IMG/VR virus record: IMGVR_UViG_3300032280_000788
Location: 1 to 63,300 of that record
Source: a virus
Taxonomy: Duplodnaviria; Caudoviricetes
DNA length: 63,300 bases
Strand: one strand, 5' to 3'
In this document: in pieces, positions 1 through 9,346 of the stretch
Numbering within the stretch: the first letter of the stretch is position 1
How the letters are laid out: every line of letters starts with the position of its first letter
Notes under the pieces: model-generated
What the model was told of the DNA's origin: nothing
Databases searched by the model: none
What the model saw: only the letters and a program-made list of their open reading frames with translations
Program-made: the position numbers and the translations under genes

Positions 1-141
1 GCCGATCCACCTGCCGATCCACCTGCCGATCCACCTGCCGATCCACCTGCCGATCCACCTGCCGATCCACCTGCTGATCCACCTGCTGATCCACCTGCCG
101 ATCCACCTGCTGATCCACCTGCCGATCCTCCTGCCGATCCA
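1..141. repeat. 12-bp tandem repeat GCCGATCCACCT, ~12 copies (left end)
   Basis: Directly visible, with variants GCTGATCCACCT and GCCGATCCTCCT. The same unit closes the window. Confidence 0.98.
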
Positions 142-176
142 ACCGGACGCAGGGTGCGGGGTGCAGGCAATGGGTA

Positions 177-271
177 GCAGGACGCAGGACGCTTTGCAAT
201 TGGATGCGGGATGCAGGATGCTTTGCAATTGGATGCAGGATGCTGGATGCAGGATGCAGGATGCCTTGCAA
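177..271. repeat. Heptamer-based repeat (GCAGGAT/GCAGGAC) with two GCTTTGCAATTGGAT inserts
   Basis: Directly visible low-complexity array next to the terminal 12-mer array. Confidence 0.85.
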
Positions 272-684
272 CGGGGGAGGTGCGACCGACACAAGCCCCG
301 GGGCTCGAGACGCGCAGGACCCCAAGCGGCGAAGCGTCCCGTGCTTCCAGATTCCAGAAGCCAGAGCCCAGAAGTTTCAGTACTTGTAACAATAATACAT
401 AATGCGGAGTCCTAGTGTTTATGCGGGTTCCAGCGCCATGTTCCACGATCCTTGATGCAGGAGAATGTTCCACGGCCAGAATGTAGGCACAATGTACCGA
501 CAATGTACATATAGTACGGGCGGGCACGCGCGCGAGTTGAGGCGGGCGCGCGCGGGCGTACGCGCGTGCGCGAGGCTACTGGTGGGGGGCGCACTTTTTT
601 TTGAGAGTCACATGTGTATATATCCCCCCTTGAGAAAAAATTTTTGCTTTATGGGGGCAAGAAAAATGATAAAGTTCACGAGAT

Positions 685-1284
685 TTGGACACCGAAGCAA
701 AAATTAAGGCGCACAGGCGCGCAGGGTTTGCGCCAGAACTAGGCCGTGTGCTGACACCGCAAGAATGGGAGAAACTTAAGCAATGGCTCATAGACAACCC
801 AGAAATGCGGTTAACGCGTCACGAAATTTATAAGGGCAAGGCTTTTTTCCAGTACACCATTAAGAGCAAAGGCGCTATGTTCTGGGCCAAGAAAGAACGG
901 TTAACCGAGTACAGCAGACGGAGAAAGACTATGACGCCCGCGCTAAGAGTCTTTGAAAAGGCCGCAAGAACTAGCTTCGATTCAAGATTCAAGAGGTGGG
1001 TTAACCGTAACACTTCTGGGGCAAAGAGCCGCGGCATCCCGAACACGCTAATACCAGACGAGCTCAAGGATATGTATGGGGCCCCGTGTTTTTTCTGTGG
1101 CCAGAGCCCAGAAACCGACAAAAGTTGGGGCATTGACCGTCTGCACAACAATATTGGGTACCATTATGACAACTGCGTACCGTGCTGCCGCACATGCAAT
1201 CTAGCGAAAGGCACACTAAGATTTGAAGAGTTTGTACAGCACATCAAGAAGATAGCCGAGAATATTGGCCGAACAACACCATAA
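685..1284 (+). CDS. HNH endonuclease
   Basis: CFFCG...GIDRLHNNIGYHYDNCVPCCRTCNLAK matches the zinc-binding HNH pattern. Confidence 0.85.
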   Translation: MDTEAKIKAHRRAGFAPELGRVLTPQEWEKLKQWLIDNPEMRLTRHEIYKGKAFFQYTIKSKGAMFWAKKERLTEYSRRRKTMTPALRVFEKAARTSFDSRFKRWVNRNTSGAKSRGIPNTLIPDELKDMYGAPCFFCGQSPETDKSWGIDRLHNNIGYHYDNCVPCCRTCNLAKGTLRFEEFVQHIKKIAENIGRTTP

Positions 1285-1289
1285 ACACT

Positions 1290-1586
1290 ATGAATATTCC
1301 AAAAAGCGTTACGATTGGGGGATGCAAGATTAAGATTCAGGTTAAAGACTTGGACGACGTGCACGGGCAGTTTCTGTACGACGAGAAAATAATCGAGCTG
1401 AACTCGAACTTATTAAGAAAACCTAAAGAGCTCAAAGAGACGCTCAGACACGAAATGGTCGAAGCGGCGCTGCTTCTTGCGGGCGTGGGCTGGGGCGAAC
1501 TGTACGACCAAGAACCGGTCGTTCGGGCCCTTGATAATATTTTCTGGCCCGCTTGGAGCAAAATCGAAAAGCGTTTGGCGATCTAA
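1290..1586 (+). CDS. Small metallopeptidase-like (zincin/ImmA-like) phage protein
   Basis: HGQF...IELN...TLRHEMVEA is an HExxH-like motif with the second His replaced by Glu. Confidence 0.55.
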   Translation: MNIPKSVTIGGCKIKIQVKDLDDVHGQFLYDEKIIELNSNLLRKPKELKETLRHEMVEAALLLAGVGWGELYDQEPVVRALDNIFWPAWSKIEKRLAI

Positions 1587-1634
1587 TTTTGGGGTCAACT
1601 GACCCAAAATCCGGTAGCGGCTGGCCTTTAGAAA

Positions 1635-1802
1635 AAACTATCCTACACGTTCCCTGCAAGGTTGAAAAGTATTTCAAAACGCGAAGGGGGTAATGTGTAG
1701 GATAGTTTTTTTACCCATTTTAACCCTTAAAACTATCCTACACATTACCCCCAAGGCAGTTTTAGTAAAAGAATATATATAGGGGTATGTGTAGGATAGT
1801 TT
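1635..1802. repeat. Four alternating-orientation copies of AAACTATCCTACAC, including a perfect 24-bp inverted repeat (1686-1709 / 1729-1752)
   Basis: Copies at 1635(+), ~1696(-), ~1730(+) and ~1789(-) in an AT-rich non-coding gap. Confidence 0.9.
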
Positions 1803-1844
1803 CTGGTTGACAGCCGTTCAAGACCCGTGTAAGCCGTTTCGCGT

Positions 1845-2303
1845 ATGGAAAAACATGAGCTGTCCAACTTCCCGCTATACTGGTTCGCGTCTGACGGAAC
1901 CCCGACCCGCAAAGAGCCGTCGCGCAGGGGACCCTCGGCCGGGTCTTACGCTTGCCCCGAGTACGCCGATAAGAAAGGCCGCGCGCACTACAAACTGAAA
2001 ACTGCATCTGGAATCCAGACCACAGTATACAAGCACAGTCTCGCTGAGGCCGTGCGCTCGCAACCGTTGGGAGAGTTCCTGTATCCTGTGCCCGGATTCC
2101 GTAGCTACTCCATTGACTCGTGCGGCACACCGTACCATATTTCTACGTGCGGCATTGTCCGTCAGCTAAACGCTGACATAGGAGCGCGCCGCGAGCGTTT
2201 TGTCTTGTACGATTGCTGGGGCCGACGCCGTGCTCTTAGCCGCTACGCGCTTCTTAGGTTCGTGGGGCGCGATTCTGGGTTCAAGAAACAACACAACTTT
2301 TAG
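1845..2303 (+). CDS. Hypothetical protein with NUMOD4-like segments
   Basis: PVPGFRSYSIDSCG and LSNFPLYWFASDG resemble NUMOD4 starts. Confidence 0.45.
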   Translation: MEKHELSNFPLYWFASDGTPTRKEPSRRGPSAGSYACPEYADKKGRAHYKLKTASGIQTTVYKHSLAEAVRSQPLGEFLYPVPGFRSYSIDSCGTPYHISTCGIVRQLNADIGARRERFVLYDCWGRRRALSRYALLRFVGRDSGFKKQHNF

Positions 2304-2304
2304 C

Positions 2305-2334
2305 TTGACATTGCCTAGCGAAACAGTTTATTTT
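2305..2334 (+). promoter_or_regulatory. Sigma70-like promoter
   Basis: TTGACA-N18-TATTTT just before the portal start. Confidence 0.5.
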
Positions 2335-2341
2335 TCGACCC

Positions 2342-4567
2342 GTGCCATTTCAAAAAAGCAACACGCAGTTCCAGACCGGACTTACCGAGCTCGAGCTGCT
2401 CAACCTAGACGAGCAAGGAAAGCCGCCGGTAGGTAGCAGGCTTACCGACGTAAACGCTGCTCAGGGAATCTTCGCGGCATTGTCGCGCGCGGACGAGAAG
2501 TCCAATATTAACCGCAGCCGCATTCAGGCTATGTTCGACGGCGCGCCGCCTTATGATCCGGCAATCCTGCGCAGCACCAACCAAGCGAGCCGGTGCAACC
2601 TTAATTTTGGTGAGGCTGGTCGGTTCTTGGACTTAGCAAGCAGCGGCTACGTTGACCTTATTGACAGCGTCGAGAACCTCGTTCAGGTCGAGACAACGGT
2701 CGGCGAGCCCGGCGCTCGCATGCGAAACGACACCGTGATCGCCGAAGAGGTCACCCGCGCGCTGCGCAACTGGCCGGACTTTTACAGCGCCTACCTGCGT
2801 CTTACCAACCAGTTCCTTATGCACGGGGTCGGTGTAACTTATTTCGAGGACGAGCGCGATTTCCGTTTCCGCACGTGCGGCCTTTCGGACTTTCTTATGC
2901 CGCGCCAGACACAGGCGAGCGAGCACAGCATTGAGGTGTCCGCCGCGCGCCGCTCTTACTTGGTCCACGAGCTCTACCAGTTTATCCAAGACCAAGAGGC
3001 CGCGGCTCGCCGCGGCTGGGACGTCGCTGAGGTCCAGCGCGTCATTACCACCGCGAGCACCCAGAACATGCCGCGCCAGTTTACGGACTGGGAAGACATC
3101 CAGCGCGAGCTCAAGAACAACGACCTCTACACCGGTATCCGCTCAAACGTGGTCAACGTCGTTAACATGTGGGTCCGCGAGTTCGACGGAACCGTTAGCC
3201 ACTTTATGTTTGCTGAGAATAGCCCCAAGGCTTTTCTTATGCAGCGCACGAGCCGTTTCCAGAACCCAGAGCAGGCGTTTCTTTTGTTCACTTATGGCGT
3301 AGGCACTAATGGTACGTACCACAGCATTCGCGGGCTTGGGCACCGAATCTATAACCACATCCAAACCAGCAACAGACTTCAGTGCCAGCTGGTAGACAGC
3401 AGCATGCTTAGCTCAAGCATTATGCTGAGCCCCGAAACGCCACGGGCCCTTAACGATCTTAGCCTGACCTTTTATGGTCCGTACTCGGTTTTGCCCCCGA
3501 ACTTTAAGGTCATCGAGAAGGGAATCCCGAACACCGCAACCACGGTCGGCCCGGCCTTGGAGAACCTAAGCAAACAGCTCAACGATAACCTTGACTTCTA
3601 CAGTAACCGCGGCGCCCTGAACGGCGGCCCTTACCGCAACAAAACCCAGATCCAAGCCGAGCTCGAGCAGGCAACACGGCTCACTAGCAGCCAGCTTAAT
3701 CAGTTCTACTCGAGCTGGCGCAGGCTCATGCGCGAGTGTGTTCGCCGCTTGGTGAACGGACCCAAAAGCGACTTTGCTGTGCGCGATTTTTACAGGCGAA
3801 CAGCCGCCCGGGGCGTCCCCGCGGAGGTCATTCGCAGCCTTGACTTTGAAAAGACCGTGGCTACCCGCGCGGTCGGGAGCGGCAACGCAACGAACAGAAG
3901 CGCGGCACTTATGGATCTTGAACAGCTTTTGCCTTTGCTAGACGAGGTCGGCAAGCGCAACGTTGTTTACGACAGAATCGCAGCCCGAGTAGGATATGAA
4001 AACGCAACAAGATACGTACAGAACCCAGAAGAACCCCGCCCGCCCCAAGACGCCAAGGTCGCGGAGCTCGAAAACAGTGTACTGCAGAGCGGCAGTCCCG
4101 TGTCAGTCCAGCCCGGAGAGCTTCACGAAACGCACCTTAACATTCATTTGCAAAAGCTGGTCGAGCTCACTGGAGCTGTTGACGCGGGCCAAGCAGACCT
4201 TGTTCAAACGCTACCCGCTCTGCAAGCTTACACAGACCACTGCGCGGGCCACCTTGAGCAGCTCGCCCAAAACCCCTCGGCAACGGTCGTCGTCAACCAA
4301 GCCCAGCAAGTCCTCCAGCAGGCCGGACAAAAAATCCTCAACGCCACCCGCGCGGCCCAAAAAGAACAGCGCGACGCCCAGCAAGGTCCGGCCCAAGAGG
4401 GACAAGGCCCAAGCCAGACCGAACTAAAAGTAATGGAACAACAAATGAAGCTTGACTTTTTGCGCCAGAAAGGCGAATTGGATTTGCAAATGCGAGCCGC
4501 AAAGGCCAGCCAAGAGCAAGCTCTGGCTGACGCCAAAATGGCAGCGCAGATTTCAAACCAGAAGTAA
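2342..4567 (+). CDS. Portal protein
   Basis: 741 aa, first gene of the head module, helical with a Q-rich coiled-coil C-terminus as in P22-like portals; lies upstream of scaffold and capsid genes. Confidence 0.75.
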   Translation: MPFQKSNTQFQTGLTELELLNLDEQGKPPVGSRLTDVNAAQGIFAALSRADEKSNINRSRIQAMFDGAPPYDPAILRSTNQASRCNLNFGEAGRFLDLASSGYVDLIDSVENLVQVETTVGEPGARMRNDTVIAEEVTRALRNWPDFYSAYLRLTNQFLMHGVGVTYFEDERDFRFRTCGLSDFLMPRQTQASEHSIEVSAARRSYLVHELYQFIQDQEAAARRGWDVAEVQRVITTASTQNMPRQFTDWEDIQRELKNNDLYTGIRSNVVNVVNMWVREFDGTVSHFMFAENSPKAFLMQRTSRFQNPEQAFLLFTYGVGTNGTYHSIRGLGHRIYNHIQTSNRLQCQLVDSSMLSSSIMLSPETPRALNDLSLTFYGPYSVLPPNFKVIEKGIPNTATTVGPALENLSKQLNDNLDFYSNRGALNGGPYRNKTQIQAELEQATRLTSSQLNQFYSSWRRLMRECVRRLVNGPKSDFAVRDFYRRTAARGVPAEVIRSLDFEKTVATRAVGSGNATNRSAALMDLEQLLPLLDEVGKRNVVYDRIAARVGYENATRYVQNPEEPRPPQDAKVAELENSVLQSGSPVSVQPGELHETHLNIHLQKLVELTGAVDAGQADLVQTLPALQAYTDHCAGHLEQLAQNPSATVVVNQAQQVLQQAGQKILNATRAAQKEQRDAQQGPAQEGQGPSQTELKVMEQQMKLDFLRQKGELDLQMRAAKASQEQALADAKMAAQISNQK

Positions 4568-4578
4568 AATAAAAAAGT

Positions 4579-4914
4579 ATGCCAGCGAAGAAAGTAAGCG
4601 CCGCGCCTAAAAAGCGGAGCGCGCCAAAGCCAATAGCGTTGCCGGTCACTCTTGAAAGATGGTACGCGGACCACGCCAATGTAGAGCAGCTACGTCAAGT
4701 ACTTGACAATCCTCAGTTCCGTATTGCTTGCGCTATCCTGCGCCAGCAGACCAAACCCACCGGATCAAATCTTGTGGCCGGGGACAACGCATTGGCTATT
4801 CGTCACGCGTATATTTCAGGCTTTTATGATTTTGAGGACCACCTGCAACAACTAACAGTTTTGCCAGCGGACCGAATTGAAATTCCCGAATGGGACTACG
4901 TTACACCACAATGA
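4579..4914 (+). CDS. Hypothetical protein between portal and scaffold
   Basis: 111-aa ORF whose stop overlaps the next start (ATGA). Confidence 0.7.
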   Translation: MPAKKVSAAPKKRSAPKPIALPVTLERWYADHANVEQLRQVLDNPQFRIACAILRQQTKPTGSNLVAGDNALAIRHAYISGFYDFEDHLQQLTVLPADRIEIPEWDYVTPQ

Positions 4915-6074
4915 GCGAACAAACAGCAACACCAGCAGCAGAGTCTCCAGCAGCGCCTACGGGGGACTTCTTTAGCGCAATCGAGCAGGCGTTTAATGCC
5001 GCGGAAACACCCGCTTCTGCAGAACCCGCACCGGCACCGGCACCGGAGACTCCTGTTTCCAGTAGCCAGAACACAGAACCCGTTACCGCGGACTCTGTGC
5101 CAGCGGTCGAGGACGGCACCAAAGCGGACAGCCCTTCTCTTCCTATTGATGAGAACGCGGATACTTCGGTATCCGAGTATAACGAAGACGGGCTAGTCGG
5201 CAAGTCCGGGCGACGCTTTAAGCAGCTCAAGTCCGAGCTAAAGAACGCCAACACCGAACTGCAGACTCTTAAGCAAACTCTTCAGGAGCGCGAGTCTCGT
5301 CTGCAAGAGCTGTCCGCTTCCAACGAGAACACCGAGCAGTTTCAGCAGCGCTTGGCCGAGTACGAGCAGGCCCTTGCGATCACCAAGCTCGAGGCCACCT
5401 CGGCTTACCAAGAACAAATTCAGGCTCCTATGGTCCAGCTTGTCGGGGCCGCAGAACTGATCGCAAAGCGTTATGAAATTGATAGCGATGAGCTCATTGA
5501 CGTGCTCTCGTATTCTGACAGAGACAAACAAGACGAGGCCTTGGACAACCTGCTGCAGGGGGTCAAGGAGCGCGACAAGCTCGCCATTTACGCTCTCGCC
5601 GAACAGGTCCCGCTCATTGTAGCGCGCAAGCAAGAGTTGTCCGACAACGCAGCCGCGGCGCTCGCCGAGCTCGAGCATCTTGACCAGCAAAAGCACCAAG
5701 AGCAGCTCGCTTCGCGACTGCAGGTTCGCAGAGAGGCCGCAGAACAAGTTCAAAGCAAGCTCGCCAGTAAGGTCCCGTTCCTGAAATCAATTGAGGGTCT
5801 TGACTTCGACAATATTGCCAAGCGCGCCGGAGAAGTAGACTTTGACGTGCTAGACACGCACAACAAGGTGTACAGCAAAATGGCCGGGGATATATTCCCG
5901 AAACTGGCTGTTGAATTCGCAAGCCTTCGTAACGAGCTCGAGGAAGCGCTCGACGAGCTCGAGGCGTTGAAGAAAGCCGAGCCCAAGGTTGGTGGCGGTT
6001 CTTCAAACGCAAACACGACAACCAAGTCGGCTGGCAACTTCCTTGATGCCATTAACGCGGCTCTTGGCGGTTAA
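4911..6074 (+). CDS. Scaffolding protein
   Basis: Acidic, Pro/Ala-rich N-terminus and long coiled coil directly upstream of the capsid gene; start taken at ATG 4911. Confidence 0.7.
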   Translation: MSEQTATPAAESPAAPTGDFFSAIEQAFNAAETPASAEPAPAPAPETPVSSSQNTEPVTADSVPAVEDGTKADSPSLPIDENADTSVSEYNEDGLVGKSGRRFKQLKSELKNANTELQTLKQTLQERESRLQELSASNENTEQFQQRLAEYEQALAITKLEATSAYQEQIQAPMVQLVGAAELIAKRYEIDSDELIDVLSYSDRDKQDEALDNLLQGVKERDKLAIYALAEQVPLIVARKQELSDNAAAALAELEHLDQQKHQEQLASRLQVRREAAEQVQSKLASKVPFLKSIEGLDFDNIAKRAGEVDFDVLDTHNKVYSKMAGDIFPKLAVEFASLRNELEEALDELEALKKAEPKVGGGSSNANTTTKSAGNFLDAINAALGG

Positions 6075-6102
6075 AATTTTTGTTGGTAGTGTTCATTGCA
6101 AC

Positions 6103-6140
6103 CTAGGGCTGTAAATTAATTTTTACGGCCCTAAGTTTTT
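6103..6140 (+). terminator. Intrinsic terminator-like hairpin
   Basis: TAGGGCTGTAAA...TTTACGGCCCTA followed by a T-run. Confidence 0.55.
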
Positions 6141-6143
6141 GTA

Positions 6144-6173
6144 TTGACACTGAGTATGTTTTGCGCATATATT
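6144..6173 (+). promoter_or_regulatory. Sigma70-like promoter of the capsid gene
   Basis: TTGACA-N18-TATATT. Confidence 0.6.
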
Positions 6174-6315
6174 ATTCGTGAACATTGAGTACCGCTCAAC
6201 CAAGCAACCTAATCGACCTGCCAGTAGGTCTAAAATACTGCGCTAATACAGGGTTTTTTGGTGAAAAGAGTCGTTCTTAAATGTGTCTGAACTCAACCTC
6301 TAAACTACTACTTTT

Positions 6316-7605
6316 ATGGCATTTACAAACGTTGGTACCCTGACCCAAGGTGGTTCCGGTACCGCAGTCATCAACACTATCCTCACCGAGGAAGCAAACC
6401 GCATTGGTTCCGATATCCATTCCGAAACACTGCACACGAGCCCGTGGATCGACCTCATTAAGAAGTCGGCGTTCCCTAGCGACATGGGTTATCAGCTGAA
6501 CACGATCATCTATGATCGTGCCCTCCCCGTCCGCGACGTTGACTCCGACGGCTCGACCGGCGACGAAGCTGCTACCGCAGTTGGTCTCGGTTCGTGGACC
6601 GCTCTCGGTACCGCTGAGTCTGGTCCCCGCACTGGTTTCCTTGGCTCGCCTGCGGTCAAAGACGTCCTCGGTCCTCAAACCGGTAAGGGCTTCGTTGACT
6701 TCACTCGTCAGCTCAAGAGCTACTCGCTTCAGCGCGCTATCATCGAGTCTCCTCGCATCAATATCGAAGATCTTCGCTTCGCGGCTCACCGCCAAGAGCA
6801 GCTTCGTGCGATCATGGATCTCCTGAAGCAATCGACCCGGTTTAGCTGGGAAGAGCGTTACCGCGACGAGTACGACCGCCTCTGCGGCTTCTACATCAAC
6901 TGCGCTGCCACCGGCACCAGTACTGGTGTGGCTAAGTCTGTTGCCACGACCGCGCTTACCGGTCTGACCGCAACTGCTGCTAATATTAGCAACAAGGTCC
7001 TCGACGGCGTGTACTTCAAGCTCGTTCGCGCTGGCGCTGGCGTCAAAGCCTACGGCCGCGAAAACGGTCGCCCCGTGTTCGGCCTCGTGCTCAGCTCGGA
7101 AGCCTCCTACGCGCTCCAAACCGAAGCTGGTTTCCGTGACGACGTGCGCTACAACAGCGCCAAGGTTTCGGATCTCATTGCTCCGCTTGGTGTCGAGAAA
7201 GCGTTCCGCGGCTTCTACCACTTGGTTGACGACCTTGCTCCGCGCTACACATTTGGTGGTGGCGCGTACAGCCGCGTTAATCCGTACACCCTTAACACCA
7301 CAACCGGTGTTATTGAACCCAACAGCACCTACGACTCCGCTTCTTTCGAGGCCGCGTACGTGCTGCACGAAGAGGTTATGGAAGCGTTGATCCCCGAACC
7401 AATTAGCGGTGTTGCTGGTCTCCAGTTCAACCCCGTTAACTACAAGGGTGACTTCCGCTGGACCAATATCCCGAACGAAACCACAAACCCAGACGGTACA
7501 ATTGGTTTCTTCCGCGGAATCCTTGCTGCTGCCTCGAAGCCGATCAAGACCAACTTCGGTCACGTGATCATCTTCAAACGCGACAGCACGACTCCTGCTG
7601 CCTAA
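6316..7605 (+). CDS. Major capsid protein
   Basis: 429 aa after the scaffold, strongly biased codon usage, own promoter and a downstream hairpin. Confidence 0.8.
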   Translation: MAFTNVGTLTQGGSGTAVINTILTEEANRIGSDIHSETLHTSPWIDLIKKSAFPSDMGYQLNTIIYDRALPVRDVDSDGSTGDEAATAVGLGSWTALGTAESGPRTGFLGSPAVKDVLGPQTGKGFVDFTRQLKSYSLQRAIIESPRINIEDLRFAAHRQEQLRAIMDLLKQSTRFSWEERYRDEYDRLCGFYINCAATGTSTGVAKSVATTALTGLTATAANISNKVLDGVYFKLVRAGAGVKAYGRENGRPVFGLVLSSEASYALQTEAGFRDDVRYNSAKVSDLIAPLGVEKAFRGFYHLVDDLAPRYTFGGGAYSRVNPYTLNTTTGVIEPNSTYDSASFEAAYVLHEEVMEALIPEPISGVAGLQFNPVNYKGDFRWTNIPNETTNPDGTIGFFRGILAAASKPIKTNFGHVIIFKRDSTTPAA

Positions 7606-7611
7606 TTAACC

Positions 7612-7657
7612 TGCTAGGGGTCACTGAGTAATCGGTGGCCCCTAGCACTTCCTCTTT
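7612..7657 (+). terminator. Hairpin/terminator after the capsid gene
   Basis: TGCTAGGGGTCACTGA-GTAA-TCGGTGGCCCCTAGCA followed by a pyrimidine run. Confidence 0.65.
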
Positions 7658-7663
7658 AATACC

Positions 7664-8092
7664 ATGCCTACTCTTGACGATCTCCCAACTCTTGCTACTC
7701 TCTCACCAACTGGTGATGACTTGCTTCCAATCTACGATCTTACGGCCCACGGCTCATCAAAGGTTCGTAAGGTTTCGCTGAACCAGATTAATGGTCTTAG
7801 CGCTTCGGATGTTGTTCTTGCTGCTGGCGATGCTGCCGTAGTTGCTACCCGACTTACTATCTTCTCAGGTCGGACTGCTGCAACTGCTGCAACCATTCCT
7901 GCTGCTTCTGGCGTTCTTCGTGACATCATTATCCAAAACGCTAACACGTCGGCTGGTGCTGTGACCGTCACTAGCCCGTCCACGAACATCTACACATCTG
8001 CGTCTGCTTCCGCATCCGCCACGAGTGTTATTGCTGTTGCCACTGTCGCTCGCTACCTTAGCGACGGAACCAACTGGTATCGCACCCACTAA
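7664..8092 (+). CDS. Putative capsid decoration/head fibre protein
   Basis: Ala/Thr-rich beta-type protein ending YLSDGTNWY, immediately after the capsid gene. Confidence 0.55.
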   Translation: MPTLDDLPTLATLSPTGDDLLPIYDLTAHGSSKVRKVSLNQINGLSASDVVLAAGDAAVVATRLTIFSGRTAATAATIPAASGVLRDIIIQNANTSAGAVTVTSPSTNIYTSASASASATSVIAVATVARYLSDGTNWYRTH

Positions 8093-8148
8093 ACCCAACC
8101 TGCATCCTGCAGCCTTAACCCTGCAGGATGCTACCCTTTCCTAACACC

Positions 8149-8415
8149 ATGCCTATGTACTTGCCAATCCCAGAAGGTCTTGAGATTCCAGAAACTGGAA
8201 CCTTCGATCTAGTAACCACGTTCGAGAACCGCGAAGGTCAACTTTATCCTATTGCCGTTGACGGAATTCCGTTCCCTGAAACTGAAACTGAAACTGAAGC
8301 AGAACCAGAAGCCGAGGCCGAAACAACAGCCGAAGTTGAAGGCGCTCAGGCACCAGACTCATTCATGACCGCTATTGAAAACGCCATGAACAAAAAACAA
8401 CAACAACCTAAATAA
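8149..8415 (+). CDS. Acidic hypothetical protein
   Basis: ORF with an ETETETEAEPEAEAE tract; the start codon is uncertain. Confidence 0.6.
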   Translation: MPMYLPIPEGLEIPETGTFDLVTTFENREGQLYPIAVDGIPFPETETETEAEPEAEAETTAEVEGAQAPDSFMTAIENAMNKKQQQPK

Positions 8416-8419
8416 CACT

Positions 8420-8572
8420 ATGAAAACTACTGCACTCGGTATCCTGACTATTGTTGCCACGCTCGCTAATGTCGGCGTGCAAGTTCTTAAAGGTGGCGCA
8501 CCCGATTTTATGGCTGCTTTTGCCGCTGTAACCGCCGGAATCGGTCTCATTAAAGCTCGCGACGACAAGTAA
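8420..8572 (+). CDS. Small two-TM membrane protein, holin candidate (50 aa; not in the ORF track)
   Basis: MKTTALGILTIVATLANVGVQVLKGGAPDFMAAFAAVTAGIGLIKARDDK, upstream of the lysins. Confidence 0.65.
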   Translation: MKTTALGILTIVATLANVGVQVLKGGAPDFMAAFAAVTAGIGLIKARDDK

Positions 8573-8748
8573 TGACCACAGACCAAGGCAAGGACTTTCT
8601 ACACGGTGTAGCCGGTACGGTAGCCCCTGCTCTTGGGGTTGTCACTTCGTTTCAGGAGCATCTGGAATGGGGCTTACGCATGACTTCACTGACAATCGGT
8701 ATCGTTGTGGGGTTGCTTTCCCTATTCCGACTGCTTAAGAAACTCTAA
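8572..8748 (+). CDS. Small membrane protein, holin/antiholin candidate (58 aa; not in the ORF track)
   Basis: MTTDQGK...TSLTIGIVVGLLSLFRLLKKL; TAATG overlap with the previous gene. Confidence 0.65.
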   Translation: MTTDQGKDFLHGVAGTVAPALGVVTSFQEHLEWGLRMTSLTIGIVVGLLSLFRLLKKL

Positions 8749-8791
8749 ATAGGTCAAGCCCTACTCGACCTACAGCACATAACTTAAACAT

Positions 8792-9346
8792 ATGAGCGTC
8801 ATCGGAATCTGTATTGGCCACAGCAGAAGCGGTGACAACGGCGCTGTTAATACGAACGGCGTCAGTGAGTACACTTTTAATAGTGATGTTGGCCGACTTA
8901 CCGCTGACCTGTTGCGTAAAGAAGGCCATACGGTACACGTTATTGATGAGTACAGCGGCGGTTCCTACTCCAGTGCTATCTGCTGGGTCTCTAATTATAT
9001 GGCGAAGCTCGGCGTAAATGTAGCTGTTGAGCTGCACTTTAACTCCGCCGGACCGTTCGCTCAAGGCCATGAGTGGCTACACTGGTTCCGCAGCACAAAG
9101 GGGCAGCGTCTGGCATCCTGTTTCAATCACGCCTTTAAGGAATCCTTTCCGAACGCTAAGGTTCGCGGCGTAAAGTCCACTAATAGAGAGGACAGGGGCA
9201 GCTTGTTCCTGCGCATTACTCGTTGTCCGGCGGTTATTCTTGAGCCTTTCTTCGGGTCCAATAAGTCCGAAACGGATTTTTATACGTCCAACCAAACCAA
9301 ACTGGCGGAGTGTTACGCCAAAGCCCTAACCGATTATTTAAGCTAA
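8792..9346 (+). CDS. N-acetylmuramoyl-L-alanine amidase (Amidase_3) endolysin
   Basis: IGHS...GAV...SE, ELHFNS and PAVILEPFF zinc-binding/catalytic motifs. Confidence 0.9.
   Translation: MSVIGICIGHSRSGDNGAVNTNGVSEYTFNSDVGRLTADLLRKEGHTVHVIDEYSGGSYSSAICWVSNYMAKLGVNVAVELHFNSAGPFAQGHEWLHWFRSTKGQRLASCFNHAFKESFPNAKVRGVKSTNREDRGSLFLRITRCPAVILEPFFGSNKSETDFYTSNQTKLAECYAKALTDYLS

Noticed and set aside
161-415. Short ORFs over the terminal repeats (also 63114-63299)
   Set aside because: They are translations of low-complexity tandem repeats.
6277-7563. 428-aa antisense ORF opposite the capsid gene, and similar shadows opposite the fibre and giant genes
   Set aside because: These are explained by codon bias of the sense gene and have no motifs of their own.
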